The notes under the pieces: model-generated
Told to the model about the DNA's origin: nothing
The model's database searches: none
What the model saw: the letters and a program-made list of their open reading frames with translations, nothing else
Made by a program: the position numbers and the translations under genes
Origin: Alphaproteobacteria bacterium
GTDB lineage: Bacteria > Pseudomonadota > Alphaproteobacteria > CAAGCB01 > CAG-977
DNA length: 64,000 bases
Direction of reading: 5' to 3'
Assembly (NCBI GenBank): GCA_900768875.1
Contig: CAAGEP010000003.1
Coordinates: 400,365-464,364 of the forward strand
In this document: positions 18,053 through 28,667 of the stretch, in pieces
Layout of the letters: the number at the start of each line of letters is the position of its first letter
How positions within the stretch are numbered: position 1 is the stretch's first letter

Positions 18053-18837
18053 AACCCGTTTTGCTGTTGCTTTTGCTGTTCTGGGCGGAATCCGCCGCGG
18101 CATATACTTATTCTTATGTTCCCAAATCATCCTCGCCTGTCATTTACAACTTTTTGTACCGCAAACGTGAAAAATGCCAAACGGGGAAAAAGCAGCCTTA
18201 TCCCAAACAAATCGGCGCATGCGCGGCTTGCCCCGAAAACAGCGCGTACATGATTGACGATATCAAAAACAAAGCCTTTTGCTTGCGCTGCCCCGCCGGC
18301 ACGCTTTTGGCGAAAAAAGACGGATACCCGATGTGTTTAAGCCTGTATCCCGTCGTTGACGGAAAGGCCGTCAAGCCGTCGAAACGCGACGTTTTGCCGT
18401 CCGATTTGGAACGAATGGCTTTCGGATTGAGCGCCGCATACAAAACAACCCTGCCGCCCAAAGAAAAAACGACCGAAAAAACGTTCCGCAACAAAGAACC
18501 GCTGAAAAACGTCTGTCCGTCCGTTTATCCGGACGATCCGCGCGCAATCCGCGAAATTGAAATTTGCAAACGGTTGGCGCAACAAAACGACTTTTTATGC
18601 CCGTATGTTGAAAAAAATACGGAAAACCGCTGGACTTGCCGCGCCTGCCCCAAAAACGCGCCGTACAAGGACAAACAAGGCGGCTGTTTCACCTGCCCCT
18701 ATGGCGAAGAAATGGTGTCTTTGCCCGACGGGAAATCCGTTTGCGCGTCTATGGCGCCCAAACCCGAAAAGAAAAAGCCCGCCGTAAAAAAATCGACCGG
18801 CAAAAAGAAAACAATCAAACGCAAAAAGCGGCGTTAA
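18049..18837 (+). CDS. Secreted Cys-rich protein with two CxxCP-x-N...CxxCP-x-G...DG...C modules and a polybasic tail
   Basis: Signal peptide MKPVLLLLLLFWAESAAA. Duplicated module at aa 58-96 and 197-232. C-terminus KKKPAVKKSTGKKKTIKRKKRR. ATGA overlap with the upstream Sel1 gene. Confidence 0.6.
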   Translation: MKPVLLLLLLFWAESAAAYTYSYVPKSSSPVIYNFLYRKREKCQTGKKQPYPKQIGACAACPENSAYMIDDIKNKAFCLRCPAGTLLAKKDGYPMCLSLYPVVDGKAVKPSKRDVLPSDLERMAFGLSAAYKTTLPPKEKTTEKTFRNKEPLKNVCPSVYPDDPRAIREIEICKRLAQQNDFLCPYVEKNTENRWTCRACPKNAPYKDKQGGCFTCPYGEEMVSLPDGKSVCASMAPKPEKKKPAVKKSTGKKKTIKRKKRR

Positions 18838-19547
18838 CGTCTTAAATCCGTGATAACGCCGTGCAGCGTTCTGACATCTTGCGACGTTAGATTCGCGCGC
18901 AGGAAAATACTGCGCAAATTACGCATCATCCGCGGCTTTTTTTCGGGAGAACGGAAATATCCCGCCTGCTCCAATTCATCCTCCAAATGGGAAAACAGAT
19001 GTTCCAGCTCCGTTTTATCGGCGGGAACGGTGTTCGGCGTTGGCAAACATTCCTCCGCCGTCGAATCGGTCAAACGGAAAATCTCATATCCCGTCAGCAA
19101 AACGGCCTGCGCCAGATTCAGCGAACAATGCTTCGGATTCAGCGGAATGTTCACAATCGCGTCGGCGTACGCCACGTCTTCGTTTTCCAACCCCGTGCGT
19201 TCGGGGCCGAACATCACGCCGCATTTAACGCCATGCGATTGCTGCGCTTGAATGTCTTTCGCCATACCCTGCCCCGTAAAAACGGGCTTTATCATATCGC
19301 GCGGGCGTCCCGTCGTCGCGTAAACTTTCTGCAAATCGGCAACGGCTTCTTCCACCGTTTTAAAGACTTTGGCGTTGCGTAAAATCTCATCGGCACCGGA
19401 AGACGCCGCAATCGCGCGGGAACAAAGCGGATCTTCGTCGGGATCGACCAAACGCATTTCGGGAATGGCGCAATTCATCATGGCGCGCGCCGCCGTGCCG
19501 ACATTTTCCGCCAACTGCGGACGAACCAGAATAAATACGGGTTTCAT
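18834..19547 (-). CDS. SpoU/TrmH-family RNA 2'-O-methyltransferase, TrmJ-like
   Basis: N-terminus ILVRPQLAENVGTAARAMMN matches the TrmJ/LasT type. 237 aa. Confidence 0.8.
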   Translation of the reverse strand: MKPVFILVRPQLAENVGTAARAMMNCAIPEMRLVDPDEDPLCSRAIAASSGADEILRNAKVFKTVEEAVADLQKVYATTGRPRDMIKPVFTGQGMAKDIQAQQSHGVKCGVMFGPERTGLENEDVAYADAIVNIPLNPKHCSLNLAQAVLLTGYEIFRLTDSTAEECLPTPNTVPADKTELEHLFSHLEDELEQAGYFRSPEKKPRMMRNLRSIFLRANLTSQDVRTLHGVITDLRR

Positions 19548-19551
19548 AGCT

Positions 19552-20112
19552 CTATTTCTTTTTCAAAGTCGTCATCTGTTTTTTTTGCTGTTCCAGCAAA
19601 GATCTGAACGGGATTCCCAACGTGTTTTCCGTTTTACGGATGACTTGCCGGCGAATGGCTTTGGCGTCGTCGGGTGTTTTGTATTCCGGCGGCTGAATGG
19701 TTGAAAATGCGTCCATCATCAGCTTTGACGCGTCATCGGGATTTTTTTGGATCTCCTTTTCCAACCCTTCGGGCAAATCGATTCCGTTTTGGCGCATGAT
19801 TTTAACGGCTTCGACCGCTTCTTTGGTTGTCATATCCGTAAAACTGTCGTTTGCGCGGTACATATCGTTTGCTCCAACCGCATCTAACCCGTCCGGAACG
19901 GCTTTCAGTTCCAAAAAGTCCTCTATCGACAAATCGCCGATGTTTGCGATCGTCTGCCCCGTTTGCACGGATTGCCGATTCAAACGTTCCATTTCAGCCT
20001 TGTTTTTGGAAATCCGCGCGGCGGCGGCAGAGATGTCTTCCTCGGCAAAAGCGGGAGAAACGGCCAATCCGCAAACGCCTGCTGCAATCAAAAATTCTGT
20101 CAAAAAACGCAT
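19552..20112 (-). CDS. Secreted hypothetical protein
   Basis: Signal peptide ending AFA. 186 aa. Lies 4 nt upstream of the trmJ-like gene on the same strand. No family recognised. Confidence 0.5.
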   Translation of the reverse strand: MRFLTEFLIAAGVCGLAVSPAFAEEDISAAAARISKNKAEMERLNRQSVQTGQTIANIGDLSIEDFLELKAVPDGLDAVGANDMYRANDSFTDMTTKEAVEAVKIMRQNGIDLPEGLEKEIQKNPDDASKLMMDAFSTIQPPEYKTPDDAKAIRRQVIRKTENTLGIPFRSLLEQQKKQMTTLKKK

Positions 20113-20240
20113 CGGACAATCCTTTTCATAAACGATAGATAATGATTATATCCCAAACAATCGGCCTTGTATACACCGAAGGGCGGTCTTTTTATTTTTT
20201 CCCGCTTGGCGCATCATAAACAAGCAAGGAGAAAAACGCC

Positions 20241-20720
20241 ATGGCTAAAATTTTAAACTTGAAATACCCGCTGATTTTGTTTTGGCTGATTAGTTTTGCG
20301 GCCGGCACCCTGTTCGCCGTCATCATTGATGCCAACACAGGCGAAGTCATCGCCGGAACAAACGGGCAATTCCTCATGCCGTCGTCCCGAATGATGTGGT
20401 TGGTTTGCTGTTCCGTCGCTTATTTGTGTCAAGCAGCGTCCTATTCAATCATTAGCGGAATCGCGCGCGAAGAGGACGACGAAATCCCCGTCCTGCTGTT
20501 TTGGGGACAGTTTTTTCTGGTTATCGTTTGGCTGGGCTTGTATTTCGGCCTGCATCTGGCGGGGGTGGCGCTGTTTGATTTGTTCGCCGCGATTTTGATT
20601 ATAGTGTTCGCCTTTTCCGAATTTCGAGCTATGTCGACCACGGCTGCGCTGTTGATGCTGCCTTATATCGGATTGGTTTGCTTTCTGCTGTTCATGAACA
20701 TCTACACGTTTTTGATTTAA
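20241..20720 (+). CDS. Five-TM membrane protein, divergent TspO/MBR-like
   Basis: 159 aa. The topology and the segments LLFWGQFFLVIVWLGLYFGL and LLMLPYIGLVCFLLFMNIY line up by eye with TspO helices. AAGGAG RBS. Confidence 0.45.
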   Translation: MAKILNLKYPLILFWLISFAAGTLFAVIIDANTGEVIAGTNGQFLMPSSRMMWLVCCSVAYLCQAASYSIISGIAREEDDEIPVLLFWGQFFLVIVWLGLYFGLHLAGVALFDLFAAILIIVFAFSEFRAMSTTAALLMLPYIGLVCFLLFMNIYTFLI

Positions 20721-20726
20721 ACATGG

Positions 20727-20753
20727 AAAAAGGGGCGTTGTCGCCCCTTTATC
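20727..20753 (+). terminator. Rho-independent terminator
   Basis: aggggcg/cgcccct hairpin followed by T residues. Confidence 0.6.
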
Positions 20754-20861
20754 CGTTCTTTTGCAAAAAGTTAAAAAAGTCTAAACAAATCAATATGTTT
20801 TTCACAAAATAAATTCATCTCCGTTAACAATTTAATTACCTCTGACGCCTATTCTGGTTGA

Positions 20862-21974
<1,113 letters not shown>

Positions 21975-21986
21975 AGTTTCTCTTTC

Positions 21987-22027
21987 AAAAAGCCCTGCAA
22001 AGACAATTTTGCGGGGCTTTTTTTGTT
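21987..22027 (+). terminator. Rho-independent terminator after ccrM
   Basis: agccctgcaa...ttgcggggct hairpin followed by a T8 run. Confidence 0.65.
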
Positions 22028-22083
22028 TCATTTTATCGAAAAAAGTATTATAATTTCGTCCAGTTTTTATAGGGAGGCTTCTT

Positions 22084-23154
22084 ATGTCCGTTTTGGCTGA
22101 TGCTTTTAATCCGAAAAATCGGGAACATTCGTTTTTATCTCGCGTATTTTCATCGCCGATTATGCGCGGTTCGTACAAAGACGAACAACCCGAAATCGCT
22201 TTTGAATTAACCGGTTCAAAAGCGGAAAAAAAGCGGCTGGCTCACTTAATCAATATGATTGCCAAAAACTCCCCCACCGGTAAAAAAGTGTTGGAAGATG
22301 CGGCACAATCCGGATATTCCGTCGGATTCGAGCTGTTGGCGAACAGTTGCGGCACATGCAGCAAGGAAGACAAAAAAATTCTGCTGAATCCGTGCATGAC
22401 CGACGCCAAACTGACGACAACGTTTGCACATGAATCGCGCCACGCACAACAAGATATGCGCGGCATTGATTCGCATTTTTGCACTTATGACATCGCGACG
22501 GAGCTGCGCCTGCGCCGCTCCAAAGAAGCCGATGCGCAAGCCGTCGCCCTGCAAACCGCGTTGGAAATCCGCGCGGCGACGCATGACGGTTCGGCGTTCA
22601 AAGCGTTCAAGGAAGCTTATCCCCCCATTGTCGCGAATATTCCGCTACATTCCGCAGACAAACCGATTGAAAAAGTCGTTGCGGATCGCAATATGAATAT
22701 GTCAATCGCGTTTCGGGGATGGTTTGACCAGCAGGATTTGGTTTCCGCCTATGAACACGGATATTTGAAAGCGCACTTGGAATCCGTTGACGGCAAAGAC
22801 GAAACGGAACAGTTGCATATTTTCGCACAAAGGCCGTTCCGCGGACACATGACATCCGCGCAAATTGTCGAAAAAGTGTGCGAAACGGAAAACGGCGATT
22901 GTTATTTGAAAAACGACTTGTATATTTTGGACAATCCGAAAATGTGCGGCATCGCTTACGAAACCAAAGAGGCTGCCGACCGTTTCTTTTTGCGTCGATT
23001 GAAATTGACGGATCAGATGAAAGATTACAGCTATCAGCAACTGCCGTCCCGCGGATCTTTGTCCGGTTTTTCACACAACAGCAACGGCGGCCGGTCGTTT
23101 GATATTAAAAAAGCCGCTTTGTTTAACAAGCTGTATCAAAACAAGGCGCGCTGA
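22084..23154 (+). CDS. Cytoplasmic-looking HExxH protein, putative zinc metallopeptidase (possibly DUF6782-like)
   Basis: 356 aa with no signal peptide. Motif LLNPCMTDAKLTTTFAHESRHAQQD. TATAAT-like box and GGGAGG RBS upstream. Confidence 0.55.
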   Translation: MSVLADAFNPKNREHSFLSRVFSSPIMRGSYKDEQPEIAFELTGSKAEKKRLAHLINMIAKNSPTGKKVLEDAAQSGYSVGFELLANSCGTCSKEDKKILLNPCMTDAKLTTTFAHESRHAQQDMRGIDSHFCTYDIATELRLRRSKEADAQAVALQTALEIRAATHDGSAFKAFKEAYPPIVANIPLHSADKPIEKVVADRNMNMSIAFRGWFDQQDLVSAYEHGYLKAHLESVDGKDETEQLHIFAQRPFRGHMTSAQIVEKVCETENGDCYLKNDLYILDNPKMCGIAYETKEAADRFFLRRLKLTDQMKDYSYQQLPSRGSLSGFSHNSNGGRSFDIKKAALFNKLYQNKAR

Positions 23155-23164
23155 TGTTGCAGAC

Positions 23165-23197
23165 AAAAAAAAAGCCCTCTTCGAGGGCTTTTTTTCC
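23165..23197. terminator. Bidirectional terminator between convergent genes
   Basis: A-run, agccctc/gagggct hairpin, then a T-run. Confidence 0.65.
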
Positions 23198-23208
23198 AAT
23201 TCTGCCGG

Positions 23209-23634
23209 TTATTTCGTTTTTGCTTCGGATTTCGGAGAAACAGTAAAGGAAACGATTGAACCGTTGACCAAATCCTGCTCCAACTGAATAGTCGCGATGC
23301 GGCTTTTGTTGGTAAAAGTCATGACGCTGATTTTGGAACGCACGACGGTGACTTCCTTCCAACCGAACTTCGGCATTTCCGACATATAAAAATCGAACAT
23401 ACTGTTCAAAGAATACGGCGTCGAAAACACCAACCGCCCAATCCATGCCGAAGAACCGCCCAACAACAGCGTTTGCTTCAAATCCATTGTCGCTTTTTCG
23501 GGAATGGGAATGTCGTTGAATTGTGCAAAGCTGGGCGACAAACCATTTGCATCTTCGGCGCTTCTGTCCATCGATTCGGAATGAACGCACCCCGTTACGG
23601 CAATCAACGCCAAAACCAGCAGTAATTTTCTCAT
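23209..23634 (-). CDS. Lipoprotein, function unknown
   Basis: MRKLLLVLALIAVTGC lipobox. GAGGA RBS before ATG 23634. Confidence 0.55.
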   Translation of the reverse strand: MRKLLLVLALIAVTGCVHSESMDRSAEDANGLSPSFAQFNDIPIPEKATMDLKQTLLLGGSSAWIGRLVFSTPYSLNSMFDFYMSEMPKFGWKEVTVVRSKISVMTFTNKSRIATIQLEQDLVNGSIVSFTVSPKSEAKTK

Positions 23635-23764
23635 CAAGGTCATCCTCAAAGTTTTCAATCTTTTCGTTACTTTAAGCAAGGTTCGTTAAAAACACCTTAA
23701 AAAAGCTTTACTTTACCGCCCGTCCCGATATGATACCCGAAAACCCATACAGGAAAGGCTGATT

Positions 23765-25405
23765 ATGACTAAATACATCTTTATCACGGGCGGGGTTGTT
23801 TCTTCGCTGGGAAAAGGCATGGCTTCCGCAGCCATCGGAGCTTTGCTGCAGGCACGCGGATACAAGGTTCGCATGCGCAAAATGGATCCGTATTTGAACA
23901 TCGATCCCGGCACGATGTCGCCTTTCCAGCACGGCGAAGTGTTCGTCACCGACGACGGCGCGGAAACGGATTTGGATTTGGGGCATTACGAACGCTTTAT
24001 CGGCAATCCGTGTCACAAAACCGATTCGATTTCGGGCGGCCGCATTTACTATAACGTGTTAATGAAAGAACGCCGCGGCGAATATCTGGGCGCAACGGTG
24101 CAGGCCATTCCTCATGTCACCGATGAAATCAAGCATTTCATCGAATCAGATTTGACCGACGAAGACTTCGTCATGTACGAAATCGGCGGCACGGTCGGCG
24201 ATATCGAAGGCACTTTGTTTCTGGAAGCGATTCGTCAGTACGCCAATCAGGTCGGCAAAGAAAACTGCCTGTTTCTGCACTTGACGCTGTTGCCCTACAT
24301 TCCGACGGCGGGCGAATTGAAAACGAAGCCGACTCAACACTCGGTCAAACAGCTGTTGGAAACGGGAATTCAGCCCAACATCCTGTTGTGCCGTTCCGCC
24401 GTCGCCATTTCCGAAAGCGAGCGTGCCAAAATCGCTCTGTTCTGCAACATTGCGCCGCAAGACGTGATTGCCGCTTTGGACGCCGACAGCATTTACAAGA
24501 TTCCTTTGCAGTATCACGAAGCGGGACTGGACGACCGCATTCTGCATTACTTTAAAATGGACAACGCGAACAAACCCGATTTGTCGCGCTGGGAAAACAT
24601 CGTCAACGTCATCGGCAACTGGGAACACACGGTTTCCATCGCCGTCGTCGGCAAATACTGCGGCTTGCTGGAAGCGTACAAATCCTTGAACGAAGCGATC
24701 TTCCACGCGGGCATCGCGCATAAAACGAAAGTCAACGTCAAATGGATTGAATCCGACACGCTGGAGGACAAAACCCCCGAACAAATCGCGGAAACCTTTG
24801 CCGACGTTCAAGGCATCCTTGTCCCCGGCGGATTCGGCACGCGCGGTGTTGAAGGCAAAATGTTGGCCGAACAATTTGCCCGCGAACACAAATTGCCGTT
24901 CTTCGGGATATGCTTGGGCATGCAGACCGCCGTTATCGAAGCGGCGCGCCACTTGTTGGGCATAGCGAACGCCAATTCGACCGAATTCACCAAAGACTGC
25001 ACCCCCGTTGTCGCTTTGATGACCGAATGGGAACAGGACGGCAAAAAGCAGATTCGATCCGAAGAAACGGATGTCGGCGGCACCATGCGCTTGGGAGCGT
25101 ATCCTTGCCGCTTGAAAGCGGGATCTTTGGCGGCGAAACTGTACGACAACGCCAAAGAAATCCACGAACGGCACCGTCACCGCTATGAAGTCAATATGGA
25201 CATCGCCAAGCGGTTGGAGGAAAAGGGTCTGCAAATTTCAGGCATATCCCCCGACGGACTGTTGCCCGAAATCGTCGAATTGAAAGACCACCCGTTCTAT
25301 CTGGCGGTTCAGTTCCACCCCGAATTCAAATCGCGCGCTTTTGCACCGCATCCGCTGTTTAAAGGATTTATCAAAGCGGCTTTGGATCAAACCACTTTGC
25401 TATAA
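23765..25405 (+). CDS. pyrG: CTP synthase
   Basis: 546 aa. N-terminus [18 protein letters not shown] and the glutamine amidotransferase motif GICLGMQ. Confidence 0.97.
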   Translation: MTKYIFITGGVVSSLGKGMASAAIGALLQARGYKVRMRKMDPYLNIDPGTMSPFQHGEVFVTDDGAETDLDLGHYERFIGNPCHKTDSISGGRIYYNVLMKERRGEYLGATVQAIPHVTDEIKHFIESDLTDEDFVMYEIGGTVGDIEGTLFLEAIRQYANQVGKENCLFLHLTLLPYIPTAGELKTKPTQHSVKQLLETGIQPNILLCRSAVAISESERAKIALFCNIAPQDVIAALDADSIYKIPLQYHEAGLDDRILHYFKMDNANKPDLSRWENIVNVIGNWEHTVSIAVVGKYCGLLEAYKSLNEAIFHAGIAHKTKVNVKWIESDTLEDKTPEQIAETFADVQGILVPGGFGTRGVEGKMLAEQFAREHKLPFFGICLGMQTAVIEAARHLLGIANANSTEFTKDCTPVVALMTEWEQDGKKQIRSEETDVGGTMRLGAYPCRLKAGSLAAKLYDNAKEIHERHRHRYEVNMDIAKRLEEKGLQISGISPDGLLPEIVELKDHPFYLAVQFHPEFKSRAFAPHPLFKGFIKAALDQTTLL

Positions 25406-25465
25406 AGCGTTGCGCTTGAATTTATGTTAAAACAAGCCTGTTCACGCTTGCGAAAGGAAAAACTG

Positions 25466-26266
25466 ATGATTCAAAACATCAAAAAAATATGCTGGGGCAT
25501 TTTGGGAATAGCCGCTTTTTACATTTTGTTCATGGCGGTCAGCTATCCGTTTTTGCCCTTGTTTGCCGATTTGTACATCTACACGCCGTTTATATTTTTT
25601 GCGCTGATTACATTCTTTTTCACGATGTTTTTGGTTCGGGAAACGGCTTGTCTGGTCTTTATGCCCAAACCGCGCTTAAAAGCCATTATTCACGACGGTC
25701 AAGCTGAAATATCCGCATCGCAAGTTGTCTTGAAAATCTTTTCATGGACTTTTTTAAAACGGATTTCAATGTATTTCGGCCTGTTTGTTTTGGAAATCGC
25801 TTGCCGTATTTTCGGCATCCGGCTGTTTTTGCAATGTGCTGACGCCGCTCTGAACACATTGGAAACGCTTGCTGCAAAGTCGGACATGCTGTTGATTGCC
25901 GTTATAACCGTAGCGGCACTCATCCTTATGGAATTGCCGTGGTACTTCCTGTTTTACCGCGTCAGTTTCGGCAACCGCGCCAATCGTTCGTCCGAATACC
26001 GTTTCGGATTAAGAGTCTTTGCGTTTTTGCTGGGCGTATTGGTTGTCCAGTTTATGCTTCAGCCGTTTTCCGTATACTATGCGGACAACACCGCGGTGCA
26101 ATATTTGCTGGTTGGGTTGCTGATTGTCGCCAGTTTCGGGATTTGGTGGCTGATGTATAAAAAACGGTGGAAAAAAGGCGCTTGCCCACTGTGCAATCGT
26201 GTAAAATCCTGTTTTTGCGTTTATGAACAACCCGCAACAGATGAAACGAAAGAAAAAGCCGAATAA
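25466..26266 (+). CDS. Polytopic membrane protein, unknown function
   Basis: Multiple hydrophobic helices. C-terminal CPLCNRVKSCFC. Start chosen at the Met before the first TM helix. Confidence 0.5.
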   Translation: MIQNIKKICWGILGIAAFYILFMAVSYPFLPLFADLYIYTPFIFFALITFFFTMFLVRETACLVFMPKPRLKAIIHDGQAEISASQVVLKIFSWTFLKRISMYFGLFVLEIACRIFGIRLFLQCADAALNTLETLAAKSDMLLIAVITVAALILMELPWYFLFYRVSFGNRANRSSEYRFGLRVFAFLLGVLVVQFMLQPFSVYYADNTAVQYLLVGLLIVASFGIWWLMYKKRWKKGACPLCNRVKSCFCVYEQPATDETKEKAE

Positions 26267-26267
26267 A

Positions 26268-26296
26268 GCAAAAGCCCCGACAAATCGGGGCTTTTT
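26268..26296. terminator. Bidirectional terminator
   Basis: agccccga/tcggggct hairpin flanked by A and T runs. Confidence 0.6.
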
Positions 26297-26298
26297 CA

Positions 26299-27630
26299 TC
26301 ACTTTACAACAGAACCGTACAAGTCATACGGGTCGGCGTCTTTGATTTTAACGCGGACAAACTGCCCCGGTTTGACTTTTTTACGCGATGAATTGAAATA
26401 AATCCGCCCGTCGATATCCGGCGCGTTTGCGTAATCTCGCCCGTAATACAGCCCTTGTTCGTCGTCGAAACCTTCGCACAACACCGTTGCAACTTCGCCG
26501 ATGCGTGCCTGCTGATATTCCAAGCTGACATCCGACTGCGCATCCATAATCGCTTCATAGCGGTCAAGTTTGTCGTCTTCATCGACTTGATCGGGGAAAT
26601 CGTAAGCGGGCGTTCCTTCTTCGCGCGAATAGGAAAACGCGCCGAAGCGGTTAAAGCGCGCGGTTACGGCGAAATCCAGCAGTTCGTTGAATTGTTCTTC
26701 CGTTTCGCCGGGGAATCCGACAATCGCCGTCGTGCGAATCACAATATCGGGCATGGCGTCGCGCAGTTTCTTTATCACGCTTTCAATCAGCGCGCGGTTG
26801 CCGTGGCGGTTCATCCGCTTCAGCACCGTGTCGTTGATGTGCTGAATGGGAATGTCGATATAGTGCAACACCTTGGGATTATCGCGCATTTCGGCGACCA
26901 GTTCGTCCGTGATTTTGTCGGGATAGCAGTAGAACAGACGAATCCACGGGATATTCGTTTCCTGAGCCAAACGGCGCAGCAATTCGGGCAACATCGGCTT
27001 TTTGTACAAATCAATCCCGTAGCAAGACGTGTCCTGCGCAATCAAGTTCAGTTCGACGACACCGTCCGCGTCCAGCTTTTTGGCTTCGTCAAGGATGTCT
27101 TCCATCGTGCGGGAACGGTAATTGCCGCGAATCATCGGAATGGCGCAATAAGTGCAACGGTTATTGCATCCTTCGGACACCCGCAAATAAGCCGAAAAAG
27201 CATCGCCCACTCGCAACCGTTCGCCGCCGATTGCGGCTTTGTGCGCGTCGCCGTACATCTGCACTTTGTCCTGTTCAAAGCTTTTGTTGACGGCTTCGAC
27301 GATGTCGTGAACGCTGCCGACACCGATAACGGCATCGACTTCGGGCATCTTTTCCAAAATTTTTTCGCGGTAACGTTCCGCCAGACAGCCTGCCACTATC
27401 AGCTTTTTCAGCTTGGCTTTTTTCTTTAACTGCGCCATTTCCTCTATGGCTTCGTACGATTCCTGCTTCGCGTCGCCGATAAAGCCGCAAGTGTTGACAA
27501 CAATGACTTCGGCTTCGCGGGATTTGCCCGTCAGTTCAAACCCAGCGTCTTTTAAATGAGCCAGCATCATCTCCGAATCAATCTGATTTTTGGAACATCC
27601 CAGCGACACAAAACCGATTTTCATACTCAT
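26299..27630 (-). CDS. rimO: Ribosomal protein S12 methylthiotransferase
   Basis: 443 aa. MTTase N-domain (GFVSLGCSKNQ), radical-SAM CNNRCTYC motif, and a C-terminal TRAM domain. Confidence 0.9.
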   Translation of the reverse strand: MSMKIGFVSLGCSKNQIDSEMMLAHLKDAGFELTGKSREAEVIVVNTCGFIGDAKQESYEAIEEMAQLKKKAKLKKLIVAGCLAERYREKILEKMPEVDAVIGVGSVHDIVEAVNKSFEQDKVQMYGDAHKAAIGGERLRVGDAFSAYLRVSEGCNNRCTYCAIPMIRGNYRSRTMEDILDEAKKLDADGVVELNLIAQDTSCYGIDLYKKPMLPELLRRLAQETNIPWIRLFYCYPDKITDELVAEMRDNPKVLHYIDIPIQHINDTVLKRMNRHGNRALIESVIKKLRDAMPDIVIRTTAIVGFPGETEEQFNELLDFAVTARFNRFGAFSYSREEGTPAYDFPDQVDEDDKLDRYEAIMDAQSDVSLEYQQARIGEVATVLCEGFDDEQGLYYGRDYANAPDIDGRIYFNSSRKKVKPGQFVRVKIKDADPYDLYGSVVK

Positions 27631-27745
27631 CCCCGTTATTAAAAAAACTTTGTTCGGATAATGGGGCGAAAGCCGCCCCTTGTCAACGGTCTTGACAAAA
27701 GCTTTAAAATAACAACAATTCGTTATAAGTAAGGAGCAAAAAAAA

Positions 27746-27952
27746 ATGGACGAAGAAATAATAGAAAGCTTGCAAACGGACGCTTTGGCGTTTTTGGAAC
27801 GCGCGCAAACAGCGGCACGAAATACAACAAACGCGGATTTGAATTATTTTTGCAGCTCTTTGCGGGACTTAATCGAATCGGAGCTGACAATCCCGAACGA
27901 AGCGCCATTGGATTTGTTTGCGGAAATGTACGATTATTACGCCCGCGTTTAG
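27746..27952 (+). CDS. Small acidic hypothetical protein (68 aa)
   Basis: AAGGAG RBS 8 nt upstream. No family recognised. Confidence 0.35.
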   Translation: MDEEIIESLQTDALAFLERAQTAARNTTNADLNYFCSSLRDLIESELTIPNEAPLDLFAEMYDYYARV

Positions 27953-28290
27953 GCGATTTGCGGCATCACTTCGGTCAGCAGATGATTTTCGGAAACGGCA
28001 TCAATCAGCGTTACGGGCACATTGTATTGCCGCAGAATCTCCGATGAATCTTCCGGATTTTCCAAAATACGGACGCGGTTGGCTTTTTGCAGAACGGGAC
28101 ACAAGTCTTCCTGCATATCCGCCAAAGCAATCACCTGCCCCACACGGCGGATTAAGAACGCCCTGCCGTTTTCGTCCAGCAAAAAACGCGGATTCTGAGG
28201 ATCGCCGTCGTATGCGTTCATGGAAAAGCTCAACATTCCGTCAGTGTCCCTGAATGAAAAATAAAGCTTATCCTCAATAATATTGCGCAT
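27949..28290 (-). CDS. Hypothetical protein (113 aa)
   Basis: GGAGGG RBS upstream. Its stop codon overlaps the stop of the convergent 68-aa ORF by 3 nt (the ORFs overlap by 4 nt). Confidence 0.45.
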   Translation of the reverse strand: MRNIIEDKLYFSFRDTDGMLSFSMNAYDGDPQNPRFLLDENGRAFLIRRVGQVIALADMQEDLCPVLQKANRVRILENPEDSSEILRQYNVPVTLIDAVSENHLLTEVMPQIA

Positions 28291-28376
28291 TTTCGTACCC
28301 TCCGTAGAATTTCACATCATACTACTTCGGTTTAAATTAACAAGTGGTTACTGCACCGTAATTTTGTCAAAAATCG

Positions 28377-28407
28377 AAAAAAAAGCCCCGTTTAAGGGGC
28401 ATTTTTT
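28377..28407. terminator. Hairpin terminator immediately 3' of tRNA-Ser
   Basis: A-run, gcccc/ggggc stem, then T-run. Confidence 0.6.
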
Positions 28408-28408
28408 A

Positions 28409-28499
28409 TGGCGGATGGAGCGAGATTCGAACTCGCGAGGAGCTGTTAACCCCTACACACTTTCCAGGCGTGCGCCTTCAACCGCTCGGCCATCCATCC
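28409..28499 (-). tRNA. tRNA-Ser (anticodon GGA), class II with a long variable arm, CCA encoded
   Basis: Hand-folded. Acceptor GGATGGA/TCCATCC. Anticodon stem CACGC/GTGTG with loop CTGGAAA. T-arm GCGAG-TTCGAAT-CTCGC. Confidence 0.9.
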
Positions 28500-28519
28500 G
28501 CTTGTCAAGAACAGAGGTG

Positions 28520-28610
28520 AAGTTACAGCATTTGTTTCCGAATGGCAAGCATTTAATTTCATTTTTTTTCATTTTTTATGATTTTTGGCTTGAATTTTTC
28601 AGATTTTTTT
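28520..28610 (-). promoter_or_regulatory. Putative tRNA-Ser promoter (TTGCCA-17 nt-TAACTT) with phased A-tracts upstream (UP-element-like)
   Basis: On the minus strand, -35 is at 28548-28543 and -10 at 28525-28520. Upstream A-runs are spaced about 9-13 nt apart. Confidence 0.45.
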
Positions 28611-28667
28611 AAAATATTGTCTATAGCTTTTTTTACGGGACAATTCTTTGAACCGCGGGGTTTTGCC

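Noticed and set aside
28502-28509. cTTGACAa immediately 5' of tRNA-Ser as its -35 box.
   Set aside because: It lies only 3-10 nt from the mature 5' end, which is too close to be a -35 element. The TTGCCA-17-TAACTT pair further upstream fits better.
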